From Heterodontus francisci (Eukaryota), in NCBI RefSeq assembly GCF_036365525.1, contig NC_090418.1, positions 5,805,492 to 5,869,491 on the forward strand: a DNA stretch of 64,000 bases, written 5' to 3'. Shown piece by piece: positions 1-12,834 of this stretch (the stretch's first letter is position 1; every line of letters starts with the position of its first letter). A program made the position numbers and the translations under genes. Under the pieces are notes generated by a model that searched no databases, was not told the DNA's origin, and saw only the letters and a list, made by a program, of their open reading frames with translations.

Positions 1-1457
1 CCCTGCAACAAGGACCATGTCCGAATTAGGACTAATTTAGCAGTCAGCTTTAGAAATGACTGTATCAATATGAAATGCATCCTCGGTCACTAATGGGGAG
101 ATGGTTTACAGCTTATAACCTTGTAAAGGAAGCGATAATGTGTTCATTTCATAGGCTTAATGTGACAAAACAAAAACAGGGCGGGAAGTGATGATTTTGC
201 TGTCTGTATATCGTAGCAGAATGCAAATGTTGTGAGTGCTACCATTTAACTCACTAATTATGGCTTGTTCACTCGTCCTCTCACTTGAAGGAACACTATG
301 TAAATGGGAAAGAGGTTGGGGGTTGAGAAGGGAGCTACTTCAAGCCATTCATCAATGGGCCAAACATTTCAGAATGATATTATCCAACTGCATCTTTCTG
401 TCAGGTGGCAGTCGCTGTCCACTCATTTCTGTGGGGCCTATCGTTGCTCTGCTCCTGCGGATTGCAAAATGCTGCTCTTTATCTAGCTGTGTGTTTAGCG
501 GTGACTCTGCTAACAGGTTAAGGGGCTGAGGTGAAATTTATTCTGTATATATATGTTTATAGTGAAGCTAAGAATCAGTGGTTTGACGACTGTTTGAGCG
601 CTGTCAGGATTATTCTCTCACTCTAGGTTGAGGGAAAAGCTTCATTGACCATAGAAAGCAGATGGAACGAAGCAGAGATTTCTACCATTCTGTTCTTCAC
701 ACTCCAACCCCAATGTACCATGACGTCATGCTTTTCACAAATTACCTGGATTTCTTGATTCAGAACTGAAATCTTGGCCAATTGTGTTGGGAGCAGTATT
801 CTTGGAAATTGTGTGAACTCGTAATTTTTTTTTCCCAAGTAGTCTCTCAAATTATACACCTCGAAGCTGCACAGTGTAACCCGGGTACTGCTGGCTTGGT
901 GTCTCCTCTTGGGAACTTTAAGAGGTGACTGGTGACGCTGTCGAGAGTTGACGCAGTGACAGGTGAACTGGTGTGCTTCTGATCTATCATACGACAGTCC
1001 CTTTGCCACTTATAGTCAGCAGCAACACCAATGTTGGTTATGCCACGCTGACTGAAAATGGTGGGAAGGGTGTTGCAGTGGGCCTCAGGACCTTTTGTTG
1101 GCTCCATGCCTCCCAATGCATGAAATTCTCAATCCTCGTCCTCCATTGACAATTCCTTCCGTGGCGCCTCGCCACCCTCAACCTCCACGACTGCCTCCAT
1201 CTTTAGCTCTCTGCTTCTGGTCTCGTGCGTCCTCACCACCCGTCCCCGTGCTCCCACCATTCAGGACAGATCTGTGCTTGGAAGGAAGCATGCAATACCC
1301 TGTGAGCTCGAAATCACAGTTAGAGACTGGAACATCGTTCGATTTTTCTCAGTGCTGCCCTTCAGACACAAAGGCTGTGCCTGTTGTGTCTATGATTGTC
1401 CATCAGTGCCATGCTTTTCAGTATATTGTTTTTTCAGTACACTGCTGAAGCCTCAAC

Positions 1458-1540
1458 TCCCATGGGGGGTCACCTGACCTGAAGCCCTAGCTCCCATGGG
1501 GGGGGGGGGGGTCACCTGACCTGAAGCCCTAGCTCCCATG
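1458..1540. repeat. Short tandem duplication (CTCCCATG-Gn-TCACCTGACCTGAAGCCCTAG x2)
   Basis: Directly visible; G-run length differs between the two units. Confidence 0.85.
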
Positions 1541-4500
1541 AGTCTCCTGGTAATTACGATCTGTGAATTTCAATGGTTAATTGACTTGATTTGATTAAAT
1601 TTTCAAGATATTAAGGGGAATAGATAGAGTAAATAAGAGACTATTTCCCCTGGTTGGGGAGTCTAGGACCAGGGGGCATAGACTAAAAATGAGAGCCAGA
1701 CCTTTCAGGAGTGAAATTAGGAAACACTTCTACACTCAAAAGATGGTAGAAGTTTGGAACTCTCTTCTGCAAATGACAATAGACGCAGATCAATTCACTT
1801 GAAATCTGAGATTAATACATTTTTGTTAACCAAAGGTATTGAGGGATATGGGCAAAGGTTGGTATATGGAGTTAGGTTGCAGATCAGGAACAGTCTCAAG
1901 GGGCTGAATGGCCTCCTCCTGTTGTCGTGTTTGTATCTGTACTGCCAGCGGTGTCACATTGCTGCTGTAAAGAATAGTCGTGGGGTTGGCACCTGGCAAT
2001 TAATTGCAGGATGGACCCGTGCAAGATGACGTGTAACAGCCAATCAGCTTTGCCTGCTGTCCGCATTCCACCAGGGATCCTAGACGCTTCCTCGTTCTGC
2101 TCCGCATGGAGTGCGGGCCATTTCCTTTGTCACCATCCACTTTCATTCCATCTCCAGGCTACACCAGCGTCAACAGGGAATCAGCCCAACTATTTCGTAT
2201 CCGTGTTTACCCTCCACGTGACCAAACCATTCTAATCACGTTTACCCGTCTTCCCGTATCCCTTCAATCCCGTTTCCTTCACCCACTTGTCCAGTCTAAT
2301 GTTGTGGTTTCCACCTCAACCACTAATCCTGGAGGTTCTCCAAAGCCCTTGTTTCCTGCTTTTTGTTCCAAATCTCTTGCATTCACTTTTGTAACTGCAA
2401 CCTCTTGTTCTAGACACCCCCTCCATTGACGACTGGAAATGATCTGCTTCTATCTACTCTGTCCTACCCTTCCCTCATTTTAAATGCTCCCTCGTCTAGC
2501 TGGCTTTTTTAGGGAGCTTAACTACTCTGGATAAAAGGGAACTTGGTGATTCCGGTCGCACCGGGTATCCCGAGCTTGTGCCGGGGGCTGATGAGGTAAA
2601 AAGACATCAAGCTCCATTTGGGAACTCTGGTCATGTTTTGGGGTTTGTGTGTGTGTGTGTGTGTTACTGAACGGCGCTCCTGAAATAAGTTAACAAATGG
2701 GAAAGCTACATTTCTCACTGCTGGGGAGGGTTTATCTGCTTGCTTACGCTGTTTGTGAAGTGACTACTACTTTAATGTTGAATTGAAGAGGTGCTGCAGT
2801 CAGGTACTTTCTTGTGTTTTTAATTTGTGATATTTTGTATTAATGCATAATGTAGTTTGAGATGTCTACTTTGAAATGCAAATTTGATTTAATATCTGAT
2901 GGTGACGGGTACATTTCTCTGACTAGGGGGCTTATTTTTCAGCAGCCGCACAGCATGTCACCCGAGCCGTGTCCTGTCCTGTTTTCCCCTTGGAGATTTT
3001 GATGCAGCTGAAAATATTTCCGGGTGATTCCCAATCTGCTGTGTAAAATCCTCACAAAAGGCAAAAGTTATGTCCCCTCCCCTTCTGTAATCCTAAATTC
3101 AAGTGCGCAGCTATTAAGGGAGATGAGAATGATCTGAGGGAGGATTTTGCTTGTCATTAAGGTTCTTTAATCTCTGTAGGAATGATGGAAATAGAATTTA
3201 GAATAAACTATATAAATAAGAAATATTTGCACAATGTACAACCTTTTTTTAAAAAAAAATGCTCCGAGCAGCAAGAATTTTTATTTATGTTTTTCTATTT
3301 TTTATATATATATATATATTGCAATGAATGCACTGGAAATGCAGCTTAACCCTTGCTGTGCTCACTCCGTCACAGCCAGGACGGCACTAAAGTTCGGATT
3401 GTAGCCTGATAACTTGAGCAAGGTTAATTTAAGAACCCGCACAAAATATGCTTCCCGAGCACATTTTGTCCAAACTCGAATGTGGCTTCGTGCTAGCCAG
3501 GTTGTGAAGGATTCAGCACCTTACAATCAAGGGATATGGGGATAGTGCAGGAAGAGGGAGCCGAGGTAGATCAGCCACGATCTCGTTGAATGGTGGCGCA
3601 GGCTGGAAGGGCCGAATGGCCTACTCCAGCTCCTTTTCTTATGTTCTTACCTGAACAGGTGCAGGCGGGCGAGCATGGTAACCTGGCAGCTTATAAATGG
3701 ATGTACATTTTATTCAGCTTGAAACCATAGCTACAGACTTATTTTTAAGATTTAATGAATGTTTGTATTTAATTTATTTTCTTTTACAAGCAGTTCAGGA
3801 ACCTAGAGGATCGATTTAACTTGTAACATAGGAACTAGAGGAGGCCGTTCAGCCTGTTCTGCCAATCAATTTGATCTTGACTAATTTGTATCGTAGCTTC
3901 ATCTATTCCTTAGTACCCTTGCCTAACAAAAACCTACCAATCTCTATTAAAATTTTCAATTGACTCCCAGCCTCAACAGCTGTTTGCTAGTGAGGGGCGG
4001 GGAGTTCCAGATTTCCACTCCCCTTTTGTGTGAACAGCTTTTTAAGGTTCTGCTCCCTTGCCCTGGACTCTCACCCCACCAAAGGAGTTTCTCTCCATCT
4101 ACCCTATCAATTCCTTTATTCATCTTAAGCATCTCAATTAATCACTCCCTTAATCTTCTGTACTCGAAAGAATACAAACCTTGTCTGTGCAACCTGCCCT
4201 CGCAGTTTAACCCTTTCAGTCCTGCAATCCTGCGAATCTGCACTGCACCCACTGCAAGGCCAATATATCCTTCCTGAGGTGCAGTGCCCAGACTGAACAC
4301 AGTGACTGCAGGTGGGGTCTAACTCGAGCTTTATATAACTGCAGCACTTTGTATCCAGACCCCCTAGAGATAAAGGCCAGCATTCCATTAGCCTTTCGAA
4401 TGAATTTTGTACCTGACTGTCTTCTTTTTTTCAAGTAGCTTTTATCTGAGATTTGCTACGTTCACTCCAGATCCATTATCGATTGCATGTGAGATGCAGT

Positions 4501-6967
4501 GAGCTGCCACTGTTCTGTATCGGGAGGGAGGAGGAAAGCTCCATTATTACAGCTGGACAGAATTGATCCAAGCTAAAACCTATTGAGCTGGGATGTCTGT
4601 GCTGGGTAGCTGCCGAGAGATGATAGCCCCCCTGCTTATATTATTCACTGCTGGTGAAATGCTTTGCAAACTACTGTATGTTTTAGATGCCGGGTTTACA
4701 CGATCCTGTTGTTTAGATGGTTTATCCTGTCACCCAGTCATAAAGAGAGGTCTGTGCAGCTGCCACTCGCCCTGTTATTCCCCGAGTTTAATATGCTTCT
4801 GGTGAGAACATTTCAAATAGGAAAATTGCTCAGTTTTCACCGCCCATTCTTCACCTGGGAAACTGCTGCACCAGCCAGCTTTTCAAGCAGGGTCATTGGA
4901 AGTGCTCAGTAACAGCCCTATTCACAATACAAGTGGTGAGGGATAACAGTCACCTGAATTGGTCTCATACTGTCTCGAGCACCAAGCCCAAAACAACCGT
5001 GGGGGTTTTGAGTTGATGCTGCCCAGACAGCTGCTTGATGATTGGGCGGCAGTGTTGTCGATCCCAGTTGCTGTTCTGCCAATCCCTTGAGTGGTATTAA
5101 TACACTGTTTACATAAGTAACTGGGAGGGGGAAACACTGGTCACTGCAAAACTGGACGATATGCAAGTGTTTTCTTGCCGTAAGTTGTTGCCCAGTGCGT
5201 GTCCTGTGGACCTGGAACTCCTGCTGTGAGAGCACAAATACCTCGTGCTCCATTTACTGATGACTCCTGCTCACTGTGGGGACTTGCGATCAGCATAAAT
5301 GTCCTCGCTCCAAATATAGTGGACAGTGTGTGTAAATTTCTTAAACTCTCCTGAGTAGCCGTTTCAGAACCTGTATCACCAGGTCTATGCAAGGGGAGGT
5401 CATTTTGTTGCTAATATCCTGGGACTATATGTTTGTGATGGAAAGTGACCTAGGATATTAAGTCATATGATTTTTTTTACTGCTGTTGTGATATGTGACC
5501 ATGCATCTGTATTCTTTACTTGATGATCAGTTTTTTTGAAAAGTTAATTGCACTTAAGAGTTATAACGTTGAGCCATGGTGCGATTTGACCAGTCAGTCC
5601 AACCTTCCCTACTGTCTAAGCACGCAGTCATCCAACCCAAGTGTTGTCTACTGAACAAGATAAATGCTGTGCATTGGAATGCCAACGTATGATGTGTCCC
5701 AATGTGAGATTGCCTCGCGTCTGTCGACGTTTGTTATGTTACCCTTTAGTATTCTGATTTATTTCACCCACTCCCCCCCCCCCCCCCCCATCCCAAAAAG
5801 AATGCTCATCTCTTCCGTGCGCGAACCCTCTGTCTTTGTTGAAGAATGTGGCCCAAATGCCTGTCCGCTACTCTCCGATGCCTTTCCAAATGTGAGACAC
5901 TTGGCCAAATCTAGTTGGCCATGGTGGGGGAGTGGGAGATTGTAGCCAAGCCTGACCCCTCTCACCCATCCACCTCTACTTGCGCTTTCCAGCATTGAGA
6001 CCTGGCACTTCTCTTCCTTCCCCACCCTGAGACACTGAGGTTTCTTGTGCCCCTACTGCTAGCTCAACAGAGCAGCAAAACTTAGCAGAGATTGAGGACT
6101 AAATTCAGGACCGTCCTGGTCTGTAGGGCTTGGTTACCTGCTGGTCAGTACATCAAGCAGCTCCAGGAGGTGCTAATTGTTTCTTCTTTGCTGTCGGATT
6201 AAGTCAACCCCTCTCACCCCAGCTTCCATGGTCAGTATTCCACTTCAACGTCCCATCCGTTCCTGGTCAACCAGCAGCCCAGAACAGTAACAGAGCAAAT
6301 GATCACAGCAACACTCGCGCACATTGAGTATAAAGTTATGCAGAAATTGTTCCTCTGCCTATTTTTCTTTCCTCCTCTCCCACAGTCTTGGTTCTAAGAT
6401 TGAAGTCTAAGATTGCACGGGGCTGGGTTCCCTCCAGTAACTCAGCCCGAGTTGCCAATGTGGACGTGGGTGTGGGAAAGGGGGTTTCTGGTTGGCTTCT
6501 TCCTCCCCATACCCAGTAGTTTTGAGAACAGTTGTAGCAAGCCCGACTGCTGCTCAGACACAGATGGATTCACTTGGCGTAGACCACGTATCAAACCCTG
6601 GATTGTTCTCCATTACTTGTTGGATCAGTTGACCTAGTTAGAATTTGGGAGGTTTGTGTTGTAGCCCGTGTTCCTGAATATCTCGCACACAAAAAGCCAT
6701 GATAATGAGTTTAAGGTAGTAATCCAGCTTTTAATAATGGAGGGAAGGCATTAACTCCCCTTTGGTCTACACTTCACCACATTCATTTCAAATTCATATG
6801 ATATAAAAGCTTTGCAACAGAATAACAGCCTAATAAATCCATTCTGTTGTATTCTGAATGATGGTCCGTACAAATCAGATAATCCAAAAGCTGGTAATGT
6901 TTGGGAATAGCTAACAGATTGACCGGTGCCTGCAAGAGAAAAACTCTTTAATGCAAACCCATCCTCC

Positions 6968-8280
6968 CACAAGAAACGAGCAGAAGTGGACCATATGACC
7001 CATCGAGCCTGCTCCGCCATTCAATACGATCATGGCTGATCTTGGGCTTCAATTCCACTTTCCTGCCCGCTCCCCATATCCCTTGATTCCCTGCGAGACC
7101 AAAAATCTATACCAGCCTTACATGTATTCTCGACTCCCCAACTAGTCAAAACAATCTCTCCGCTTCAACCCTGTCAAGCCCTTTCAGAATCTTGTATGTC
7201 TCAATGAAATCACCCCTCATTCTTCTAAACTGCAGAGAATATAGGCCCAATTTACTCAGCCTCTCATCATAGGACAACCACCTCATCCTGGGGACCAATT
7301 TAGTAAATCTTCGCCGCACTGCCTCCAGTGCAAGTATATCCTTTCTTAAATGTGGAGACCAAAACTGCACACAGTATTCCAGGTCCGGTCTCAGCAAAGC
7401 TCTGTACAATTTTAGTAACACTTCTTTATTCCTGTACTCCAATCCCCTTGCTATAAAGGCCAACATGCCATTTGCTTTCCTAATAGCCTGCTGCACCTGC
7501 ATGTTAACTTTGTGTGTTCCTTGTATGAGTACACCCACGTGTCTTTGAACATCAACACTTAGCAGTTTCACACATTTTAAAAAATATTCTGCTTTTCTAT
7601 TTTTACGACCAAAGTGAACAACTTCACACTTCCCTACATTATACTCCATTTTCCATCTTGTTGCCCACTCACTTAACCTGTCTATATCTCTTTGCAGCCT
7701 CTCTACATCCTCCCCGCATCTTACCTTTCCACCGAGCTTAGTATCATCAGCAAACCTAGATACATTACTCTCTGTTTCTTCATCCAAGTCATTAATATAG
7801 AGTGTAAATAGCTGAGGCTCCAGCACTGATCCTTGTGGCACCCCACTATTCACCGCCAGCTAACTTGAAAATGCCCCATTTATTCCCACTCTCTGCTTCC
7901 TGTCTGTTAACCAATCCTCTATCCACGCTAATATATGACCCCCAACACCATGAGCCCTTACCTTGCCTATTAACCTTTTTTGTGACACCTTATCGAATGC
8001 CTTTTGAAAATCCAGGTATACTACATCTACTGGTTCCCCTTTATCTACCCTACTAGTTACATCCTCAAAGAACTCAATAAATTTGTCAAACAGGATCTCC
8101 CTTTAGTAAAACCATGCTGACTTGTTCGAATCATATTATGCTTGTGCAATGTTAAGACTTCATTAATAATAGTTTCCAGCATCTTCCCAATGACTGGTCT
8201 GTAGTTCCCTGTTTTCTCTCTACCTCCTTTCTTGAAAAGCGCTGTAACATTTGCCAACTTCCAATCTGACAGGGAAATTC
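6968..8280 (-). mobile_element. CR1-clade LINE, 5'-truncated (RT fragment and 3' tail)
   Basis: ORFs 8057-8257 and 7146-7853 contain WQMANVTALFKKG-like, QHGFTKGRSCLTNL, GVPQGSVL and FADDTKLG motifs. Confidence 0.9.
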
Positions 8281-10341
8281 CTGGAAAATCAAAATTCCCT
8301 TCAGATTTCCAACAGTTCCCTGTATTTCTTTACCCCTCAGTCCCAATTTCCAGGGTGTTAGAAGGAAGATGGTAAGTTGTGAGAGCTTCTTGCAGGGAAA
8401 GACTCTGCCAAGGCTCATTATTTAAGCTCAGACGTGAAGAACAGCTTGAGGTGGCTGGGGGGAGTTGGGGATGGGGCATGGGCAATTATGGTAAACACCA
8501 GAGTACCTCCCTTATCTTGAGTACCCCCATCTACAGAGAGATGGCACCCAAGGTATCAAGTCTACAGAAGCTGGTTGAACAGAAAGCTTATTTGCTGTAC
8601 AAACCCAGTCAAGGGTTAAGCGTGAGTGAGACTAGTCCAAACCGCTATCGCTGCGAACCTCTTGCATTAAGTGCCGTGCTACCGTGACTGGGCTGTCGCA
8701 CTCTTAAGGGAACATGGTGGTACAATCGAATTCAGAACGAGTTCCCAAGTTGAAACATTGAGTGTGTAAGAATTCAGAGATTCTCCATTACTGAGAGTCT
8801 CAGCAGTTGCTATTTAAAGTGTTTTTAAAGGTGAGATCATGATGCCATGTGCAACACGACTGATGCAGGAATACTTGAAAGGACCTGAAATCATGAAGCG
8901 CAAAAAAGCGTCAGAGAACAGCCTTTCTGTATAAATTTTGTTTTCAAAGATCTGTTTTAAAGACAGCTGACACAAATGCACTTTATTTAAATGTAACTTA
9001 TTTACTTTGTGATGTTGTTTTAACAATCAGAAAACTGGAATTTGTGTGTGTCTGGTGTTTTCTCGAGCCTATGGATTTATTCTTGCGGGAGAGCAACAGG
9101 GTGAAGTCAGGAGGCTGTAAACAATCAACGTCACTGCTGAGTAATCTTTTCCTTCTGTGTGTTAATGGGTTGATTTAAGAGGGCGGTCGCAGCCTTGATG
9201 GCTCTGCCTGGATTATTTGTACATTATGGTTGTGGTATGTCGTGCTGTTGTAAATAAATGCCCATTCATCTCAACCTTGCATCAGAGTCTATTTATTCCA
9301 CACAGCTCCCAACACACCCTGTTAAAGCTGTTTCCCAAGAACGTGCTGCATGCTTCTTTGAACTCGCTGTAGAGGAGCGTGTGCAAGCTCTGCCTCCAGC
9401 ACAATACTTTCATAAGAACGAGAGTAAGCCATTTGACCCTTCAAGCCTGCTCCGCCATTCAGTAAGATCATGGCTGATCTGGTTGTGGTCTCAACTTCAC
9501 CCCACCCCCCCCCATAACCCTTGACTCCCTTGTCTATCAAAAATTTGTCTAATTCAGAATGAATGCGATGACCCATCGTTTTCAGGGGAAGAGAATGCCA
9601 CAGGCTAACAAGCCTTAGAAAAAAATGTCCCCTCATCTCGGTCTTTAAAAGGGAGCCCTCTTATTTTTAAACTGTGTTCCCTCGTTCTAGTTCTCCCCCA
9701 CAAGCGGAAACCTCTTCCCAGTATCCACTCTTATCAAGTCCCCTCGATCTTTATATGTTTCAATAAGATTCTCATTCTTCTAAACTCCCAACATTTGCGG
9801 AAGCAATGGTTTTTGAACATTTCTCTTTTGCAAGAATTGTCACAGCCCTTGTCCTGACCTCTTTAAAAAAAAAACTGTGGCTGCACTTCAAAAGTAATTA
9901 ATTGGCTGTGAAGTAATTTATGAGCTCCTGAGGATAACAATATGTATTTAGAGAGTGCCCTCGATGGAGTGAAACATCCTGGGGGGGCTTCACAGGAGTG
10001 TTATCAAACAAAATTTAACACCAATCAATTTAGGAGATATTGAGGCAAGTGCCCAAGAGCTTGGTCAAACAGCCACCAAAGAGTAAATTTTATGGAGTAA
10101 CTTACAGGGGAGAGGTTCAGGCAGGGAATTCCAGAGCTTAGGGCCCAGGTAGCTGAATGCACGTGCCGGAGGCCGGGATTGCAGAGGGTTGTAGGAGATT
10201 ACTGAGATAGGAAGGGGGAAGGCCATGAAGGGGATCTGAAAACCAGGAAGAATAAAACAATCTTTACTGAGCTGGAATTTAGTGTTACTGTCTGCTGGCA
10301 AAAGACTGCAAAAAATCTATTGGGAGGAAAGTCAGCCCAGC

Positions 10342-10690
10342 TGGAGACAGTGGTGTCATAGTAGTTTGTGAACTACTAATCCAGAGGCCCAGGCTAATGC
10401 CCTGGGGACATTGGTTCAAATCCCACCATGGCAGCTGATGGAATTTAAATTCAAATAATATTGAAAGCTAGTCTCAGTTTCATGGCATCATTGATTCACT
10501 AATGTCCTTTAGGAAAGGAAATCTCCCATCTTTACTTGGTCTGGCCTACATGTGACTCCAAACCCACAGCAACGCGGTTGACGCTTAACTGCCCTCTGAA
10601 ATAGCCTAGCAAGCCACTCAGTTGTCAAGGGCAATTATGTATGGGCAGCCAGTGCTGGCTTTGTCAGTGAAGTCCACATTCCATGCGAGA
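10342..10690 (+). mobile_element. tRNA-derived SINE with CR1-like 3' tail
   Basis: B-box GGTTCAAATCCC; 3' end GGGCAATTATGTATGGGCAG resembles the CR1 tails at 22430-22500. Confidence 0.6.
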
Positions 10691-12736
10691 ATAAATTTTT
10701 AAAAATGAAATGCCCTATTGAAATAAAATCAGTCAGTTCTTTACCCCTTCCCCTCCTCGCTTAGTTGTACTACTGTGGGTGGTTACTGAAACCAGGAGCT
10801 GACTGTGCAGTCAGTCACAGACCTCCATCCCTTCACTGAGGTATAACGTTTGAGTTAGAGATACACTCTGAAGCAAGACGTTGGTTTGGGTTTGTGGTCC
10901 TTGACCACAGAATTAATGCCCCAACTTTGTTTGGTGTCATTTGCCAGTAACTGTTGGAAGAACAATTTGGGGCCAGTGGCAGTTTCTTACCCATTTAGTG
11001 GTAGGAAGCTTTGGCAGTAGGCTCAGTATAACTTACAATTCCCACCCCGAATGGTTCACAAAGTCTAGTAAGGATATTTAGTGATCGTCTGTTCACTACC
11101 AGTCTCCCAGTAAACATCTGGCTTCACTTTAGACAGGGACATTCAGTAAAACACCTTTGGCACTTGGTTCTGAAGCTGTCCTGCCTAATGATAGGTCGGT
11201 GTAGTTAGGATTTTATTTCCCATTTGTCAGCTGTTCAGCCACTGCTGCTGGACTGCTATTCTCTTAGTGAAGCTCTGACATAAAAACAGACCATGCTGGG
11301 ATTACACAGCAGGGACATTAACACTGTGTGTAACCTTGGGAGATGGAATTCCCGCTGGAAACCCTCTCTGACCAAGCCTTTGGTCAACAGTCCTAGAATC
11401 TCCTTTTATGGTTCACTGCTTAATTACATCTGATAACACTCCTCTATCAAATGCCTTGGGATGCTTTGCTGCATTAAAGGTGCAAACCAAAAAAAAACTA
11501 GTCCTCAGTCCTATGGTTTAAATCTATTCCCAATTCTGACGTGTCCTTTCAGGCTTGGTGTATTTCCAGAATTTGCCATGACACAGTGGAATGGTTTGGC
11601 AGATTGATGTGGCTTTTGCTCCATTTAAAGGAGAGTGGATGCTGGAGACAGATAACGAACACTAGAATTACATGGGATTCACACGTGAAAATTCCTGCCC
11701 CATTGGCAGTTGCACTTGTGGCTCTGGAACTTCAGGGGCAGGTAGATAAGCAAGCTGAGGCACGGGAACCATTCCAATGGTAGAGCTCACCCTGTACTTG
11801 TAAATAAGGTAGTAACTGTGAACAATGAAATATTTGTTTTGACATGCTTGTGTTTTACTTAGATGTGGGCATCACTGGCTAGGCTAGCATTTATTGTCCA
11901 TCCCTAATTGCCCTTGAGATGGTGGTGGTGAGCTGCCTTCTTGAACCGCTGCAGTCCGTGTGGTGTATGTACACCCACAGTGCTGTTAGGGAGGGAGGTC
12001 CAGGATTTTAGACCCAACAAGTGAAAGAATGGCAACAGATTTCCAAGTCAGGCTGGTGTGCGACTTGGAGGGGAAGTTGCAAGTGGTGGTGTTCCCATGC
12101 GCCTGCTGCCCTTGTCTTCCAGGTGGGTTTGGGAGGCGCTTTCCAAATCTGTAGCCTTGTTAGATGAGCCCAGCAAAATATCAGCTCCCTTTAACCATGT
12201 CATCACATTTAGGAAGAGAAGACATTGGAATCAAGTCTCTAATTATCTCAAGCAGACAGTGGGAGTGACAAGTAGAGAAGCAAAAATGGGTTTTGCCTTC
12301 CAGCAGCACATTCTACCAGTCTCTTTCTCCCCCCCTCTTCTCCATTCCATCAACATGCATAACAGTGGGATAGAGCCTGAAAACATTTAAACCAACCCAT
12401 GTTGAAGCTATCTTTTTACAGGTTAATGCGAGAGTTGAGAGAGGAAAAAAAATCAAGTCTAATAATCGTCCCAACATTTTTATTGTGTGGGTGGATGGGA
12501 TGGAAAAGTGATTGTCAAACAATGCAGAGGAGCCCATCCATTGAGAAGTTGAGCTGGAAGAAGTCAGGCGTTCTGTTAAATTGCACAATGCATACTTCTG
12601 TTGAAGGAACAAGCTGGAGAAAGCAAGGCCAGGCTGTTCTTAAACAGAAGATTCAGGAGGTTTCCTGCTGGAAATTGGTTCCTCGCAATGGTCTGACCAT
12701 CAGGAACGAAGGCAGCTTCATCTCTCCAATACCGGG

Positions 12737-12834
12737 TTACACTTCAACAGCCTCGTGTGGGTTATTGTGTCTCTTTACTACAAATACTTTCTGTCCAGAA
12801 ATCGTTGCCATGTACGTATGCTCTCCAAATACCA
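12737..12834 (-). CDS. LAMTOR4: LAMTOR4 coding exon 4 (terminal)
   Basis: ttccag|TGGTA...GTGTAA; encodes [32 protein letters not shown]. Candidate AATAAA on the minus strand at 12479-12484. Confidence 0.93.

Noticed and set aside
2700-3320. AU-rich tract with AATAAA at 3202, resembling the 3' UTR of an upstream plus-strand gene
   Set aside because: Plausible, but no coding exon was identified in 1-12000 to anchor it.
3346-3427. TTAACC(C)TTGCT...AGCAAGGTTAA short inverted ends resembling a piggyBac MITE
   Set aside because: Only 11-12 bp with an indel and a single copy; could be chance.
5010-5056. Short hairpin TGCTGCCCAG...TTGGGCGGCA as a miRNA or snoRNA
   Set aside because: Stem is only about 10 bp, with no recognised mature miRNA sequence and no complete box C/D pair.
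8272-8287. GGGAAATTCC NF-kB site overlapping a TTCCTGGAA GAS site
   Set aside because: Lies at a CR1 truncation junction with no nearby TSS evidence.
8831-8934. Possible plus-strand terminal exon GEIMMPCATRLMQEYLKGPEIMKRKKASENSLSV*
   Set aside because: No recognisable homology, no supportable upstream exons, and the AAG|GTGAGA site reads equally well as a donor.
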